From positions 24,390-88,389 of the forward strand of contig JADKHG010000008.1 in NCBI GenBank assembly GCA_016721875.1: a stretch of DNA of 64,000 nt, written 5' to 3'. Positions 10,049-20,114 of the stretch are shown piece after piece. Within the stretch, counting starts at the first letter, position 1. Each line of letters begins with the position of its first letter. The stretch is from Sphingomonadales bacterium. GTDB lineage: Bacteria; Pseudomonadota; Alphaproteobacteria; Sphingomonadales; Sphingomonadaceae. Under the pieces are notes generated by a model. The model had not been told where the DNA came from. It saw only the letters and a program-made list of their open reading frames with translations, and ran no database searches. The position numbers and the translations under genes are program-made.

Positions 10049-11021
10049 ATGTTTCGCAAGCAGACGAGTTTTGACCGCTTTCTGGCGCTTGCCATAGCCG
10101 TTGCATTTGCCGTTTCGGCCTCACCCTCGCGTGCCGCAGCGCTGAAAGAATGCGCCGTCCCCGATCTTGCCACAACGCCGGTAGAGCGGCTTGGAGGCAA
10201 AAGGTTCAGCGTAGAAGTGCGGGGCACCGGCCCCGACGTGGTGCTGATCCCCGGCCTGTCAACCTCGCGTAGCGTATGGGACAAGGACGGTCAAGGCGTT
10301 GGATGGCAAATATCGGCTGCACCTTGTCCAGATACGCGGCTTTGGCGATGATGCTGGTGTCAATGGTGAAGGACCGGTGCTTGAGCCCTTTGTCGCCGAA
10401 CTGGCCGACTATATCGACGATGAAATTACCAATAAAGGGCGCGCTGCCCCTGCTATCATCGGGCATTCGCTTGGTGGGTTGACGGCGCTGATGATTGGCG
10501 CGCGCTATCCGCAGCTTGCTGGGCGGCTGATGATTGTCGACTCGTTGCCCTTTATAGGCACAATGGTTGATCCGGGCGCGACCGTTGCCACAATCGAACC
10601 CAGAGCCAAAGCAATGGCGGACGGAATGCGCGCGCGTCCCTCTGCTGCTGCCAGAACACCGATCACGGCTGATCCCGGCCCCATGAGCTTGGCTGGCTTC
10701 ATGAGTCTGCGTCCCGAGGGCCGCATTGCTGTAGCCAATTTGATTGCAGGCGCCGACAGCCGGGTTACGGCGCAGCTCTTCTACGAAGACAGCATCACCG
10801 ATATGCGGCCTGAATTGGCAAAAATCAGCGCGCCGGTGCTGCTGCTTTACGCGCATGATGCCAGCTTGATGTCAGCAGACGAAATAACCAAAACCTTTGA
10901 ACCGCAATTTGCGGGAGTTGCAAATTTCAAGGCTCAGCGTGTCGAGAACAGTCGTCACTTCATCATGCTCGATCAGCCAGATATATTTCATGCAGCCGTG
11001 AAGGCGTTTGTCGAACATTGA
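10049..11021 (+). pseudogene. secreted alpha/beta hydrolase, frameshifted
   Basis: ORF 10049-10351 (signal peptide, VVLIPGLSTSRSVWDK) continues in ORF 10299-11021 (TVKALDGKYRLH..., nucleophile elbow GHSLGG). Removing one G at 10285-10286 joins the frames. Confidence 0.7.
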
Positions 11022-11103
11022 TCCGCTGCCTTTGTCGCTGTCTTGACAAGGTTGCGGCTGCCTGCGCAACTGTGCGGGCAACCATCAGGGGGAAAACCGC
11101 ACC

Positions 11104-12327
11104 ATGTCTGACAGTCAGGGCCGCACGCCCAGCGCCGTTACTTTTCACGGAAGCTGGATTGATTTTGCCAAGATCGCGCTGCCCAATGTGCTGCTGACTT
11201 TGGTGACTCTGGGGATTTACCGTTTCTGGGCGACCACGCGTGAGCGCAATTATCTGTGGTCGAAGACGCGTTTCATCGACGAGCCATTGGAATGGACGGG
11301 TACAGGGATGGAGCTGTTTATCGGTTTCATCATGGTCCTGTTTTTGCTGGGTGTTCCCTTCGCGATCCTGCAACTGGTGGCGCAGGGGATGATCTTTCAG
11401 GGGCAGGTGGCGATTGCCGCGATCCTGGTGATCACAATGGTGCTTGCGATCTATTACCTCACCGGGGTCGCCTATTTCCGCACGCTGCGTTACCGGCTGA
11501 GCCGCACCTATTGGCGCGGGATCCGGGGCGGCAGCGATGATCAGGGGCTGACCTATGGTTTCTCCTATATCTGGAAGAATTTTGCTGCGGCCATACCGCT
11601 GTTTTTGCTCTATCCTTGGGCGAGTATTTCGCTGTGGAATGAACGCTGGAACCTGATGAGTTTTGGCCCCTACCGCTTTGAAAGCAATGCGCGCTGGACC
11701 GACCTGATGAAGCGTTATCTGCTTTTCTACCTCGTTCCCTTCCTGATCTTTGCCGGGATTTTCATCGCCGGTGTCTCAGCGGGGATGAGCGGCGGGGGCG
11801 GCGGCAATCCTTTTGACTCCGCCGGCGGTATCGCTGCTTTTACGCTTATCATCGTTGGCGTGCTGGCAATGTATATCCTCGTGCCGATTGCCGCGCTGAT
11901 GTATTATTCGAAATTCTTCCGCGTTGCGGTTGGCGGATTACGGCTGGGTGATCTGGAATTTGAATTCAAGGCGCGCTCGCCCGACTGGATCCTCTATTGG
12001 CTCGGCAACATCGCGATCATGGGACTGGCTTATGGCTTCGCCTTCGCGCCCTTTTCCGCCTTTGTCTTTGCCAGCCCCGAACAGTTTGCGCAGAAGATCG
12101 AGGCGGGTGAGACGTTCATGACCGCCGGTTTCATCATCTCCGCACTGATCGCGATCATCCCGTTGGCCTTTGCCGCATCGATTATCCGCTATCGTGCCTG
12201 GAAATTTTTCGCAGTGCATATGGAGGCCTATGGCGAGGTCAATCTCGACCATCTGACCCAATCCGAAACCGAAGTGTCGAGCCATGGTGAAGGCCTGCTC
12301 GATGCCTTTGATGTCGGGGCGATGTAA
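11104..12327 (+). CDS. DUF898 (YjgN) family membrane protein
   Basis: 407 aa, many TM. N-terminal FHGSWIDFAKIALPNVLLTLVTLGIYRFWATTRERNYLW matches the DUF898 repeat signature. Confidence 0.8.
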   Translation: MSDSQGRTPSAVTFHGSWIDFAKIALPNVLLTLVTLGIYRFWATTRERNYLWSKTRFIDEPLEWTGTGMELFIGFIMVLFLLGVPFAILQLVAQGMIFQGQVAIAAILVITMVLAIYYLTGVAYFRTLRYRLSRTYWRGIRGGSDDQGLTYGFSYIWKNFAAAIPLFLLYPWASISLWNERWNLMSFGPYRFESNARWTDLMKRYLLFYLVPFLIFAGIFIAGVSAGMSGGGGGNPFDSAGGIAAFTLIIVGVLAMYILVPIAALMYYSKFFRVAVGGLRLGDLEFEFKARSPDWILYWLGNIAIMGLAYGFAFAPFSAFVFASPEQFAQKIEAGETFMTAGFIISALIAIIPLAFAASIIRYRAWKFFAVHMEAYGEVNLDHLTQSETEVSSHGEGLLDAFDVGAM

Positions 12328-12336
12328 GGAACCGCA

Positions 12337-13425
12337 ATGCCCACATTTTTCGACGCATGGCATTTTGATGGCAAATCAGCGGTTCGCCGCAAGGTCGAGG
12401 TGCAGACCGTCGGCAACCAATTCTATCTGGCCGAGCTTGAGCGGCGGCACGGGCCCTTTGCCTTTGCCGATCTGGAATATGCCGGCGAACAGGGCGACGC
12501 TTCGGTTTATAAAATGGGGGGCAATGATGGCTGGCGGCTGGGTCTGGTCGGCAATGTGCCCACAGAGCTGGTTCCGCATTTACCGGCGAAGAAAACCTAT
12601 GGCGGCTGGATCGACCGGCTGGGAATTGGCCCCGCCAGCGCGGTATTTGCGATTGTCAGCGCGGCGGTGGTCGCGGTGGTGTTGTTCAGCCCGCAATGGC
12701 TCGCGCCGCTGATTCCGGCGAGTGTCGAAACGAAAATTGGTGACGCGTTGATTGGCGATTTTGGCGGACGCTTCTGCAGCACGCCCAAGGGTAAGGCTGC
12801 GCTTGCCAAATTGACCAATGCACTCGATGCCGACCCGCGCGATTTGCAGGTCGAAGTTGCCAATATCGATATGATCAATGCGGTCGCTGCCCGGCGCAAG
12901 GTGATCCTGTTCAACGGGCTGGTGTCGCAGGCGAAATCGCCCGACGAGGTTGCAGGCGTGCTCGCGCATGAAATCGGCCATGTCCGCGAAAAGCATGTGA
13001 TGCAGGGGATGCTACGTCAGATGGGACTGGCGGTCGTGCTTGGCGGCTTTGACGGTAATGGCGGCTCGACGCTCAACGGTTTGCTGTCGACCACCTACAC
13101 TCGCGAATCCGAACGTGAGGCCGATGACCATTCATTGAAGGCGCTGAAGTCCGCGTCGGTTTCCCCGATCGCCACCGCCGATTTTTTCCGCCGCCTGTCG
13201 GCGATGGATGGCAGCGCGCAAATGCGTGAAGGCAAAGAACGGGCAATGGCGAGCTATACCTCGAGCCACCCCTTGTCCGACGAACGGCGCAAGCTGTTTG
13301 AGAATAGCGTGATCAAGGGCAAGGCCTATCGCCCGATATTGTCGTCGGACGAATGGACTGAGCTGAAGACGATGTGCGCGCAGGATCGCAAGGTCAAATC
13401 GGGCTGGGGTTTTGACTTTGAATAG
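12337..13425 (+). CDS. M48 family zinc metallopeptidase
   Basis: 362 aa. HEIGHVREKH zinc motif with downstream ESEREADD. N-terminal non-catalytic region plus one TM. Starts 9 nt after the DUF898 gene. Confidence 0.8.
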   Translation: MPTFFDAWHFDGKSAVRRKVEVQTVGNQFYLAELERRHGPFAFADLEYAGEQGDASVYKMGGNDGWRLGLVGNVPTELVPHLPAKKTYGGWIDRLGIGPASAVFAIVSAAVVAVVLFSPQWLAPLIPASVETKIGDALIGDFGGRFCSTPKGKAALAKLTNALDADPRDLQVEVANIDMINAVAARRKVILFNGLVSQAKSPDEVAGVLAHEIGHVREKHVMQGMLRQMGLAVVLGGFDGNGGSTLNGLLSTTYTRESEREADDHSLKALKSASVSPIATADFFRRLSAMDGSAQMREGKERAMASYTSSHPLSDERRKLFENSVIKGKAYRPILSSDEWTELKTMCAQDRKVKSGWGFDFE

Positions 13426-13469
13426 TCACTGCGGCTAAGCCCGCCCTGTTCCAACAATTGGAGTAGCCC

Positions 13470-13724
13470 ATGTTCCGCCGTCTGTTCGTCGATCACCCCA
13501 AAAGCGTTGACGAAAATTATTTCGAGCATTTTGCTGTCGCTGCCAAATTCGGGGTGACGATGATCTGGGGCGGGCTTTGTGCGCTGGTGCACGCAGCGGT
13601 GCCGGGCTGGTGTGTGACCACCGGCAGCCGGACAATCGAGCGCCTGAACGCAATCATGGTTATCCAGCGACGTGCCAAGGGGCGGGAAGTCGCCCAGATG
13701 CAAACGGTTGACTGGGTCATTTGA
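13470..13724 (+). CDS. small conserved hypothetical protein (DUF6356-like, from memory)
   Basis: 84-aa ORF MFRRLFVDHPKSVDENYFEHF... with one hydrophobic segment. Stop overlaps the next ORF. Confidence 0.45.
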   Translation: MFRRLFVDHPKSVDENYFEHFAVAAKFGVTMIWGGLCALVHAAVPGWCVTTGSRTIERLNAIMVIQRRAKGREVAQMQTVDWVI

Positions 13725-13744
13725 GAGTCTCAAAATTGAATCCG

Positions 13745-14482
13745 ATGGCAGAAACCCGCTATTTCACGCGCGCAGACGGACTGCATCTCGCCTATCGCAA
13801 ATCCGAAGGTGAAGGACTAACCATCGTTTTTCTACCCGGCTATATGTCCGACATGGCTGGCGGCAAGGCGAGTGCGGTGTTTGACTGGGCGGTCGAGAAT
13901 GGCCGTGCCTGCCTGTTGCTTGACTATGCCGGGTGCGGGCTGAGCGAAGGCGATTTTGCCGATCAGACGCTCAGCATCTGGCGCGACGATGTGCTGGCGA
14001 TGATCGATGCGTTGGCGGATGGCCCGGTGGTACTGATCGGATCGTCTATGGGCGGCTGGCTGATGCTGCTTGTGGGCCTTGCTTTGGGAGACCGGCTGGC
14101 AGGGATGATCGGCATAGCGCCCGCGCCCGATTTCACCCGCTGGGGCTTCACCGATGCGCAGAAAGAAATGATCGCGCGCGACGGCGTGCTGTATCAGGAT
14201 AATCCCTATGGTTCGGAGCCGACGCCGACCTGGCGCAGGCTCTATGATGATGGTGTTGCGCACGAGATGCTGGGGACAGAGATAGCGATCAGCTGCCCGG
14301 TGCGGCTGCTCCACGGGCAGGCCGATGCCGATGTGCCGTGGAAGATTTCATTGAAACTGGCAGAATCGCTGCGCAGCGATGATGTGCGGGTGACGCTGAT
14401 CAAGGATGGCGATCACCGGCTGTCGCGCGATGCCGATGTGGGGTTGTTGCTTGCGACTGTGGCGGAGTTGGCTGGCGGTTAG
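13745..14482 (+). CDS. alpha/beta hydrolase
   Basis: GSSMGG nucleophile elbow, LLHGQADADV, KDGDHRL His region. Start ATG 13745; TTG 13721 is the alternative. Confidence 0.8.
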   Translation: MAETRYFTRADGLHLAYRKSEGEGLTIVFLPGYMSDMAGGKASAVFDWAVENGRACLLLDYAGCGLSEGDFADQTLSIWRDDVLAMIDALADGPVVLIGSSMGGWLMLLVGLALGDRLAGMIGIAPAPDFTRWGFTDAQKEMIARDGVLYQDNPYGSEPTPTWRRLYDDGVAHEMLGTEIAISCPVRLLHGQADADVPWKISLKLAESLRSDDVRVTLIKDGDHRLSRDADVGLLLATVAELAGG

Positions 14483-14514
14483 GGTGGGGCTTCTTTGATA
14501 TATCGTGCCAGTTG

Positions 14515-14680
14515 GTTTCACACGAAGACACGAAGACACGAAGATTTTGAAGATGGCGGTGGATCAGGTGAACGGCATGCGCGCAGCGCGCTTATCACGA
14601 AACACTCGCTGCGCGAGCGAAGGTGTATCAATCGCATTACCTCTTCAAAATCTTCGTGTCTTCGTGTCTTCGTGTGAAAC
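14515..14680 (+). repeat. MITE/REP-like palindromic element, copy 1
   Basis: 38-bp perfect terminal inverted repeats GTTTCACACGAAGACACGAAGACACGAAGATTTTGAAG (14515-14552 vs 14643-14680) around a 90-bp GC-rich core with internal palindromes (GCGCGCAGCGCGC). No coding capacity. Confidence 0.7.
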
Positions 14681-14731
14681 AAATAGCACGAAGCTGGCAA
14701 ACCAAAGTCGCCTTTGCGTGAAAAGCAAAAC

Positions 14732-16515
14732 TCAATATCCAGCAGCCTGCCCATCCTTGCGGAACTCGCTTGCGCCCCAATAGACCCCTGTTTCCGGATC
14801 GCGCCAGATCGCCTGATAGCCGCCATAGGGACCGACCGAATATTTGACGCTGTGGCCGCGCTTGCGCAGATCATCAGCCAGTGCCGCCGGAACGCCGGTT
14901 TCGATTTCGACCACCCCGCCATCCTCCATCGGCGCTCCGCCTTCGGGGTCGGTTGAGCCATCATGATGGAAGCGCGCGGCGTCGCCTGCGGCTTGCACAC
15001 CCATGCCGAAATCGACCATGTTAACAACGATCTGCGCATGCCCCTGCGGCTGCATCGCGCCGCCCATCACGCCAAAACTCAACAGCGGCTTGCCGTCCTT
15101 GGTCATGAAAGCGGGAATGATCGTATGGAAAGGGCGCTTGCCCGGCGCATAGGCGTTGGCATGTTTGGCATCGAGGCTAAACTGCGCGCCGCGATCCTGA
15201 AACATGAAGCCCAGCGTTTTGCCTTTGCCATCGTCAGCGACCAGCCCCGACCCCATGCCGCGATAGTTGGACTGGATCAGGCTGACCATCATCCCGTCCT
15301 TGTCGGCGACGGTCATATAGATGGTGTCGGCACCGCCATCGACAGGCAGCGGCGCGTCGGTCAGCGTAGCCTTGCCCAGGTCGATGCTGGCGCGCTGTTT
15401 CTCGGCGCGCTCTTTCGACAGCAATTCTTTCAGCGGAATTTTGGCAAAGGCTGGGTCGGCATAATATTTCGCCCGGTCGGCAAAGGCGCGTTTCTTGGCC
15501 TCGATAAAGACATGCCAGAAATCGGCGCTGCCGCGCCCCATCGCTTTCAGGTCATAGCCTTCGAGAATGTTGAGGATTTGCAGTGCGGCAATGCCCTGAC
15601 CATTGGGCGGGATTTCCCACACGTCATAACCGCGATAATTGGTCGAAACCGGCTCGACCCATTCGCTTTTATGCGCAGCGAAATCTTCATAGCGATGCGC
15701 CGCGCCGATGCGTTTGAAATAGCCGTCCATCGCCTTGGCCAGATCGCCTTTGTAAAAGCATCGCGCCCGCCCTCGGCAATTTCGGTAAGTGTCATCGCCA
15801 GATCGGGGTTTTTGAACAGCAAGCCTTCGGCGGGTGCCTTGCCGCCGGGCATGTAAACCCGGCGCATATTGTCGATCTCTTCGATCACGCCTTCGGTTTT
15901 CAGCATCTCGAACGCAGCGGTATTGGTCTTCCAATATTGCGCGATAAGTTCGGATACCGGGAAGCCCTTGTCCGCATAATGGATCGCCGGGGCAAGATTC
16001 TGCGCCATTGGCAGCTTGCCGAATTTTGCGTGCATTTCAAACCAGCCATCAACCGCGCCGGGGATAGTGACCGAGGCCGAACCCCAGTCGGCTATCGTGC
16101 CGTCGGTGTCGCGCGCCGAACGCGGGGTCTTTTTGGTGCGCTCCTGCAACTGCTTCAGGCTCTGCCCCATCGGCGCGCATCCGCTGGCGTTGAGGCCGTG
16201 GAGCTTCTGCGTCTTCGGGTCCCAGATGATCGCGAACAGGTCTCCGCCAACACCGCTGCCGACCGGCTCGACCAACCCAAGCGTGGCGTTGGCGGCAATC
16301 GCTGCATCCACCGCACTGCCGCCTGCCTTCAATATGTCGAGCGCAACCTGCGTCGCCAACGGTTGGCTGGTCGCGGCCATGCCATTCTGCGCGATGACAG
16401 CCGAACGGCTTGCACCCGGAGCGCCCGAATAGCGGTCCCCCTGATCCTTGGGCGCGGTTTGCGCCCATAGTGGGGTAGCGGTCAATAACGCGATGATTGC
16501 GAGCGATATGCGCAT
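14732..16515 (-). pseudogene. ggt: gamma-glutamyltranspeptidase, frameshifted
   Basis: ORF 15547-16515 (signal peptide ... TLTEIAEGGRDAF) and ORF 14732-15934 (YKGDLAKAMDGYF..., nucleophile region GADTIYMTVADKDGMMVSLIQSN, GVMGGAMQPQGH) form one GGT. One A is missing in the A4 run 15754-15757. Confidence 0.85.
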
Positions 16516-16590
16516 GGAATGTCCTCTGCCTTAGTGGGTGGAGGGGTATCGTTTCAATGCCGCGTCCGCAAGGACGGGTTGCGCAAAGGA

Positions 16591-16739
16591 GTTTCACACG
16601 AAGGCACGAAGATTTTGAAGAGGTAACCCCTTTGATGCACTTTCACTCGCACAGCGAGTGTCTCGTCATTAGCGCGCTGCGCGCGTGCCGTTCATTTTAT
16701 CAAATGCCGTCTTAAAAATCTTCGTGTCTTCGTGTGAAC
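16591..16739 (-). repeat. MITE/REP-like palindromic element, copy 2 (inverted relative to copy 1)
   Basis: Starts GTTTCACACGAAGGCACGAAGATTTTGAAG and ends CTTAAAAATCTTCGTGTCTTCGTGTGAAC. The core aligns by eye with the reverse complement of the copy 1 core (...GAACGGCA(T/C)GCGCGCAGCGCGC...CACTCGCTG(C/T)GCGAG...). Confidence 0.65.
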
Positions 16740-16793
16740 CCAAAAAAATCCCGCCCTAATGGCTAGGCGCTGCCTTGCAGCTCCACACCGGCC

Positions 16794-17577
16794 TTATCGC
16801 TCGCGCGCCTTCGCAGCTGACTTCGGCGACACGGCAAAGACTCCACGATATTCCGGTTTGACCGCCGCGATAAGATTCGCCGTGACCGGCAGGTCGATTT
16901 CATAATCGCCTTCGACATAGGGGCCTACGGTGTAGATGCCGACATAGACCGCCAGCCGGTTGAAAGTCTTGCGATCGCTTGAACCGAGGATGATGTCCAA
17001 TTCTGATGGTTTCGGGCATCGTTCCATCCAGTCCTGCCAATATTCTGCATCATCTTTACCAGCCACCGGTTCCTGCCCGTCTTTTCTTGCGCGCTCGGTA
17101 TCCAGTGCTTCGCAAAAGCGTTCATGCATCACCCGATCAAAGGCTTGCTTGTCGACAAACATCTCGATCGGTTTCCGCACGGTGCCCAACTGCTTGTCCC
17201 ACAATGCTTGATCGCCACCAATTGCCGTGGGCCCCTCCCGAATAATCCCATATGTCCTTTGTCAGGCTCAGGAAACGTGGCAGGTTGGCGACGGTCTGCC
17301 ATGTGATAAACGACTCCATATCGGTTTCGACCGCCCGTTCCGGATTTTCGCTCACCCAATCCTTTCCCCATTGCTTGAGCTGGGTAAGCTGGGTCTGTCT
17401 TTCCGCCAGCACCATCTGTTGGAGCGCGGGATGTTCGGCGATCACCGCCGGATAGCTGAATTCGAGACTATATCCCGTACCCTGCTCATTGCTTTCGATC
17501 GATTTTTCAGCGGCGGCTTGGGACAATGCGGCGGTAGCCAGCATCAGCGCCCCAGCCATGGATCGGAAAATGGTCAT
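16794..17577 (-). pseudogene. DUF3298/DUF4163-type secreted protein, frameshifted
   Basis: ORF 17137-17577 (signal peptide ... DYSGGAHGN hallmark) continues in ORF 16794-17204 (ALWDKQLGTV...). One base is missing near 17217-17223. Confidence 0.65.
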
Positions 17578-17604
17578 TTTGTCGCCCTTTGCTTCGCGCC
17601 GCGA

Positions 17605-18372
17605 TCAATCGAGATAATATTCGACCGTCGTTACCACGCGAACCTTTTTAAACGGGCTATCCGATACACCCCAGCCGCCTTCGCCGTCACCATCGCGGGC
17701 AGTGACTTCGAAATAGCCCTGTGTCGCCGACTTGATTGAACCGACATCGGTGCCGCTGTCCTTGGCGAATTGCTCGGCGGATTTGCGCGCGTCCTTGGTC
17801 GCCTGCGCGATCATCTCGGGCTTGATCGCATTGAGCTTGGTGTAGGTGAAGGCCATGCCAGAGCCTTCCTCCAGCTCGACGCCCTGCTTGACCAGATCAA
17901 ACTGCCGCTTGACTGCGTCCTGCGCCTTCTTGATGTCGGTGGTGCGCAAGCTCATGCGCTGTTTGACGGTATAGGTGGTGATCCCCTGATCGCTAAATTG
18001 CGAGACATTGGCGCCGGTCGGCTGCACTGCGTCGCCATCAAAGCCCAGCGTGCCGAAAAAGGCGCGGATCGCCTTGGTGTCGGCATCGGCCTTTGCTTGC
18101 GCGCTCTGCAGGTCTCCCGCCTTCGCCGAATAGGCAATGGTCCAGGTGGCAAGGTCAGCGGTAACTTCACGCTCGGCAAGCCCGCGCACGGTGACCGCGC
18201 GGTCGGCCTGTTTCATCCGCACCAGCCCGTCACCCATCAGGTAACCGCCGACGATCAGCCCGAATGACAGCAGCCCCGCACCGGCCAGCCAAGCCTTGCC
18301 CTTGTTCGCGGTCAACCGTGTCAGGAAACCGCCTTCATTGTCTGCTTTAATCTGGTCGCTCATGGGTCGCAC
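17605..18372 (-). CDS. SIMPL (DUF541) domain protein
   Basis: 255 aa. N-terminal TM. SIMPL-like layout ending ...KKVRVVTTVEYYLD. Start is GTG 18372 or ATG 18363. Confidence 0.75.
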   Translation of the reverse strand: MRPMSDQIKADNEGGFLTRLTANKGKAWLAGAGLLSFGLIVGGYLMGDGLVRMKQADRAVTVRGLAEREVTADLATWTIAYSAKAGDLQSAQAKADADTKAIRAFFGTLGFDGDAVQPTGANVSQFSDQGITTYTVKQRMSLRTTDIKKAQDAVKRQFDLVKQGVELEEGSGMAFTYTKLNAIKPEMIAQATKDARKSAEQFAKDSGTDVGSIKSATQGYFEVTARDGDGEGGWGVSDSPFKKVRVVTTVEYYLD

Positions 18373-18379
18373 TTTCGAT

Positions 18380-18400
18380 AAATAGGGACTGTCCCTATTT
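18380..18400. promoter_or_regulatory. perfect 21-bp palindrome in a divergent promoter region
   Basis: AAATAGGGAC-T-GTCCCTATTT with 10-bp arms, between the SIMPL gene start (18372) and gloA (18538). Confidence 0.3.
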
Positions 18401-18537
18401 TTGGGTTGGAATGGGTTTCACACAGCTTGCGCAGGGTAGCATGACGGTCCATATTTCGCCCCACCCGGCACGGTTCGCCTCATGCGCTGACTGCGATGAA
18501 CTGTGCATGAATAGCGATGAAATGAGTTTTGGCAACG

Positions 18538-18954
18538 ATGAAATATCTCCACACCATGATCCGCGTCTCCGACCCGGCAGCGACGATCACCTTTTTCGAA
18601 CTGTTGGGGCTGAAGGAATTGCGCCGTTTCGGCAATGAGGTGGGGCGCTTTACTCTGATCTTCCTTGCCGCCCCCGGCGACGAAAGCGCGCAGGTCGAAC
18701 TGACGCACAATTGGGACGAGGGTGGCTACGGTGAGGGACGCAATTTCGGCCATCTCGCCTATGCGGTCGATAATATTTACGACAGTTGCCAGCGGCTGAT
18801 GGACGGCGGCGTCACAATCAACCGTCCACCGCGCGATGGCCGCATGGCCTTTGTGCGGACGCCAGACAATATTTCGATTGAGCTATTGCAAGCTGGTGAC
18901 GCGCTCGCGCCCGCCGAGCCGTGGATTAGCATGCCCAATATTGGAAGCTGGTGA
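18538..18954 (+). CDS. gloA: lactoylglutathione lyase (glyoxalase I)
   Basis: MKYLHTMIRVSDP..., VELTHNWD, GHLAYAVDNIY, FVRTPDNISIELLQ. Start ATG 18538. Confidence 0.9.
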   Translation: MKYLHTMIRVSDPAATITFFELLGLKELRRFGNEVGRFTLIFLAAPGDESAQVELTHNWDEGGYGEGRNFGHLAYAVDNIYDSCQRLMDGGVTINRPPRDGRMAFVRTPDNISIELLQAGDALAPAEPWISMPNIGSW

Positions 18955-19392
18955 AATTGAAAGTCACGGTAGAAAATTACCAGTCTCTTAAGGCGTTTTT
19001 TGGTTGGATGGTTGGACTGACCCATCCCAACGTTGCAGATTTGCCGTTTGAGGCTCAGCCTTTAAACTTTTTGGCGGCGTTGGAAGGCAAGACGCCTGGA
19101 CTTGCAAGGCAATCGCTTCGCATGGGTATTGGCGATACGCTTGAGGAAACGCAACATTGGGGATTGGAGCGAGTGCAGAAGACGGATGCTGCTTTGGAAA
19201 AAGAGGACTTCCAACTTAGAGTGCCGTCCGGCTCGAATTTTCGAAAACAATTGCATCAATAATGAAGCGCAAAGTAAAGTGGAAGCTGAATATTATGCAC
19301 TCCGAAACGTCGTGGAAGCGATGCCCGACGAAGAACAATGCAAGGCATGGGAATTGTTAGCTGTATTTGAAGAGAGGGCTGTATCGAAATGA
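18951..19392 (+). pseudogene. AT-richer orphan ORF between gloA and gloB, apparently frameshifted
   Basis: ORF 18951-19262 (GTGA overlap with the gloA stop) and ORF 19102-19392 (ATGA overlap with the gloB start) are in different frames. Removing one base in the T4 run 19238-19241 or the A4 run 19244-19247 gives one reading of about 146 aa (...VPSGSNFENNCINNEAQSKVEAEYYAL...). No recognised family. Confidence 0.4.
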
Positions 19393-20114
19393 CTTTGGAA
19401 ATCATCCGCATCCCCGTTCTCTCCGACAATTATGTCTGGCTGGTGCACGAACCTGTGTCTGGCGAGACGATGGCCGTCGATCCGGCGATTGCCGAGCCTG
19501 TGCTCGAAGAAGCCAAGGCGCGCGGCTGGACCATCACGCAGATCTGGAACACCCATTGGCACCCCGATCACACCGGCGGCAATGCCGCGATCAAGGACGC
19601 GACAGGCTGCACGATCACTGGCCCCGCTGCGGAGGCCGAACGCATCCCGACGCTCGACCGGATGGTTGCAGAGGGCGACACTGTCATGCTCGGCGCGGCT
19701 GAGGCGCGGGTGATTGACGTCCCTGCACACACCGCTGGCCACATCGCCTTTCACTTTGGTGAAGACCAAGCTGCCTTTGTCGGCGACACTTTGTTCGCAA
19801 TGGGCTGCGGCCGCTTGTTCGAAGGAACCGCCGAACAGATGTATGCCAATATGCGCAAGCTGGAAGCGTTGGGCGACGCCACGCGCGTCTATTGCGCGCA
19901 CGAATATACGCTGTCGAACGGTCGTTTCGCGCTGACTGTCGAGCCGGACAATGCGGCATTGGTTGAGCGCATGAATGAAATCACCGCAATGCGCGACCGC
20001 GGCGAGGCAACGGTACCAACCACCATTGCCCTCGAGCGCGTGACCAACCCCTTCATGCGGGCAAGCTCGGTTGAGGAATTGGCCGAACGGCGTGCGGCGA
20101 AAGATGCTGCATGA
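19389..20114 (+). CDS. gloB: hydroxyacylglutathione hydrolase (glyoxalase II)
   Basis: 241 aa, metallo-beta-lactamase fold. THWHPDHTGGN, HTAGHI, CAHEYT. Confidence 0.9.
   Translation: MTLEIIRIPVLSDNYVWLVHEPVSGETMAVDPAIAEPVLEEAKARGWTITQIWNTHWHPDHTGGNAAIKDATGCTITGPAAEAERIPTLDRMVAEGDTVMLGAAEARVIDVPAHTAGHIAFHFGEDQAAFVGDTLFAMGCGRLFEGTAEQMYANMRKLEALGDATRVYCAHEYTLSNGRFALTVEPDNAALVERMNEITAMRDRGEATVPTTIALERVTNPFMRASSVEELAERRAAKDAA

Noticed and set aside
14519-14546. The tandem CACGAAGA units (14519-14546, and the mirrored copy 14649-14676), considered as a possible CRISPR or microsatellite array.
   Set aside because: There are only three 8-bp units without spacers, and they form the terminal inverted repeats of the palindromic element. 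This is not a CRISPR array.
18414-18423. A third copy of the MITE-like element, starting GGTTTCACAC upstream of gloA.
   Set aside because: Only about 10 nt of the terminal repeat match and there is no CACGAAG unit or core similarity. It could be chance or a very old remnant.
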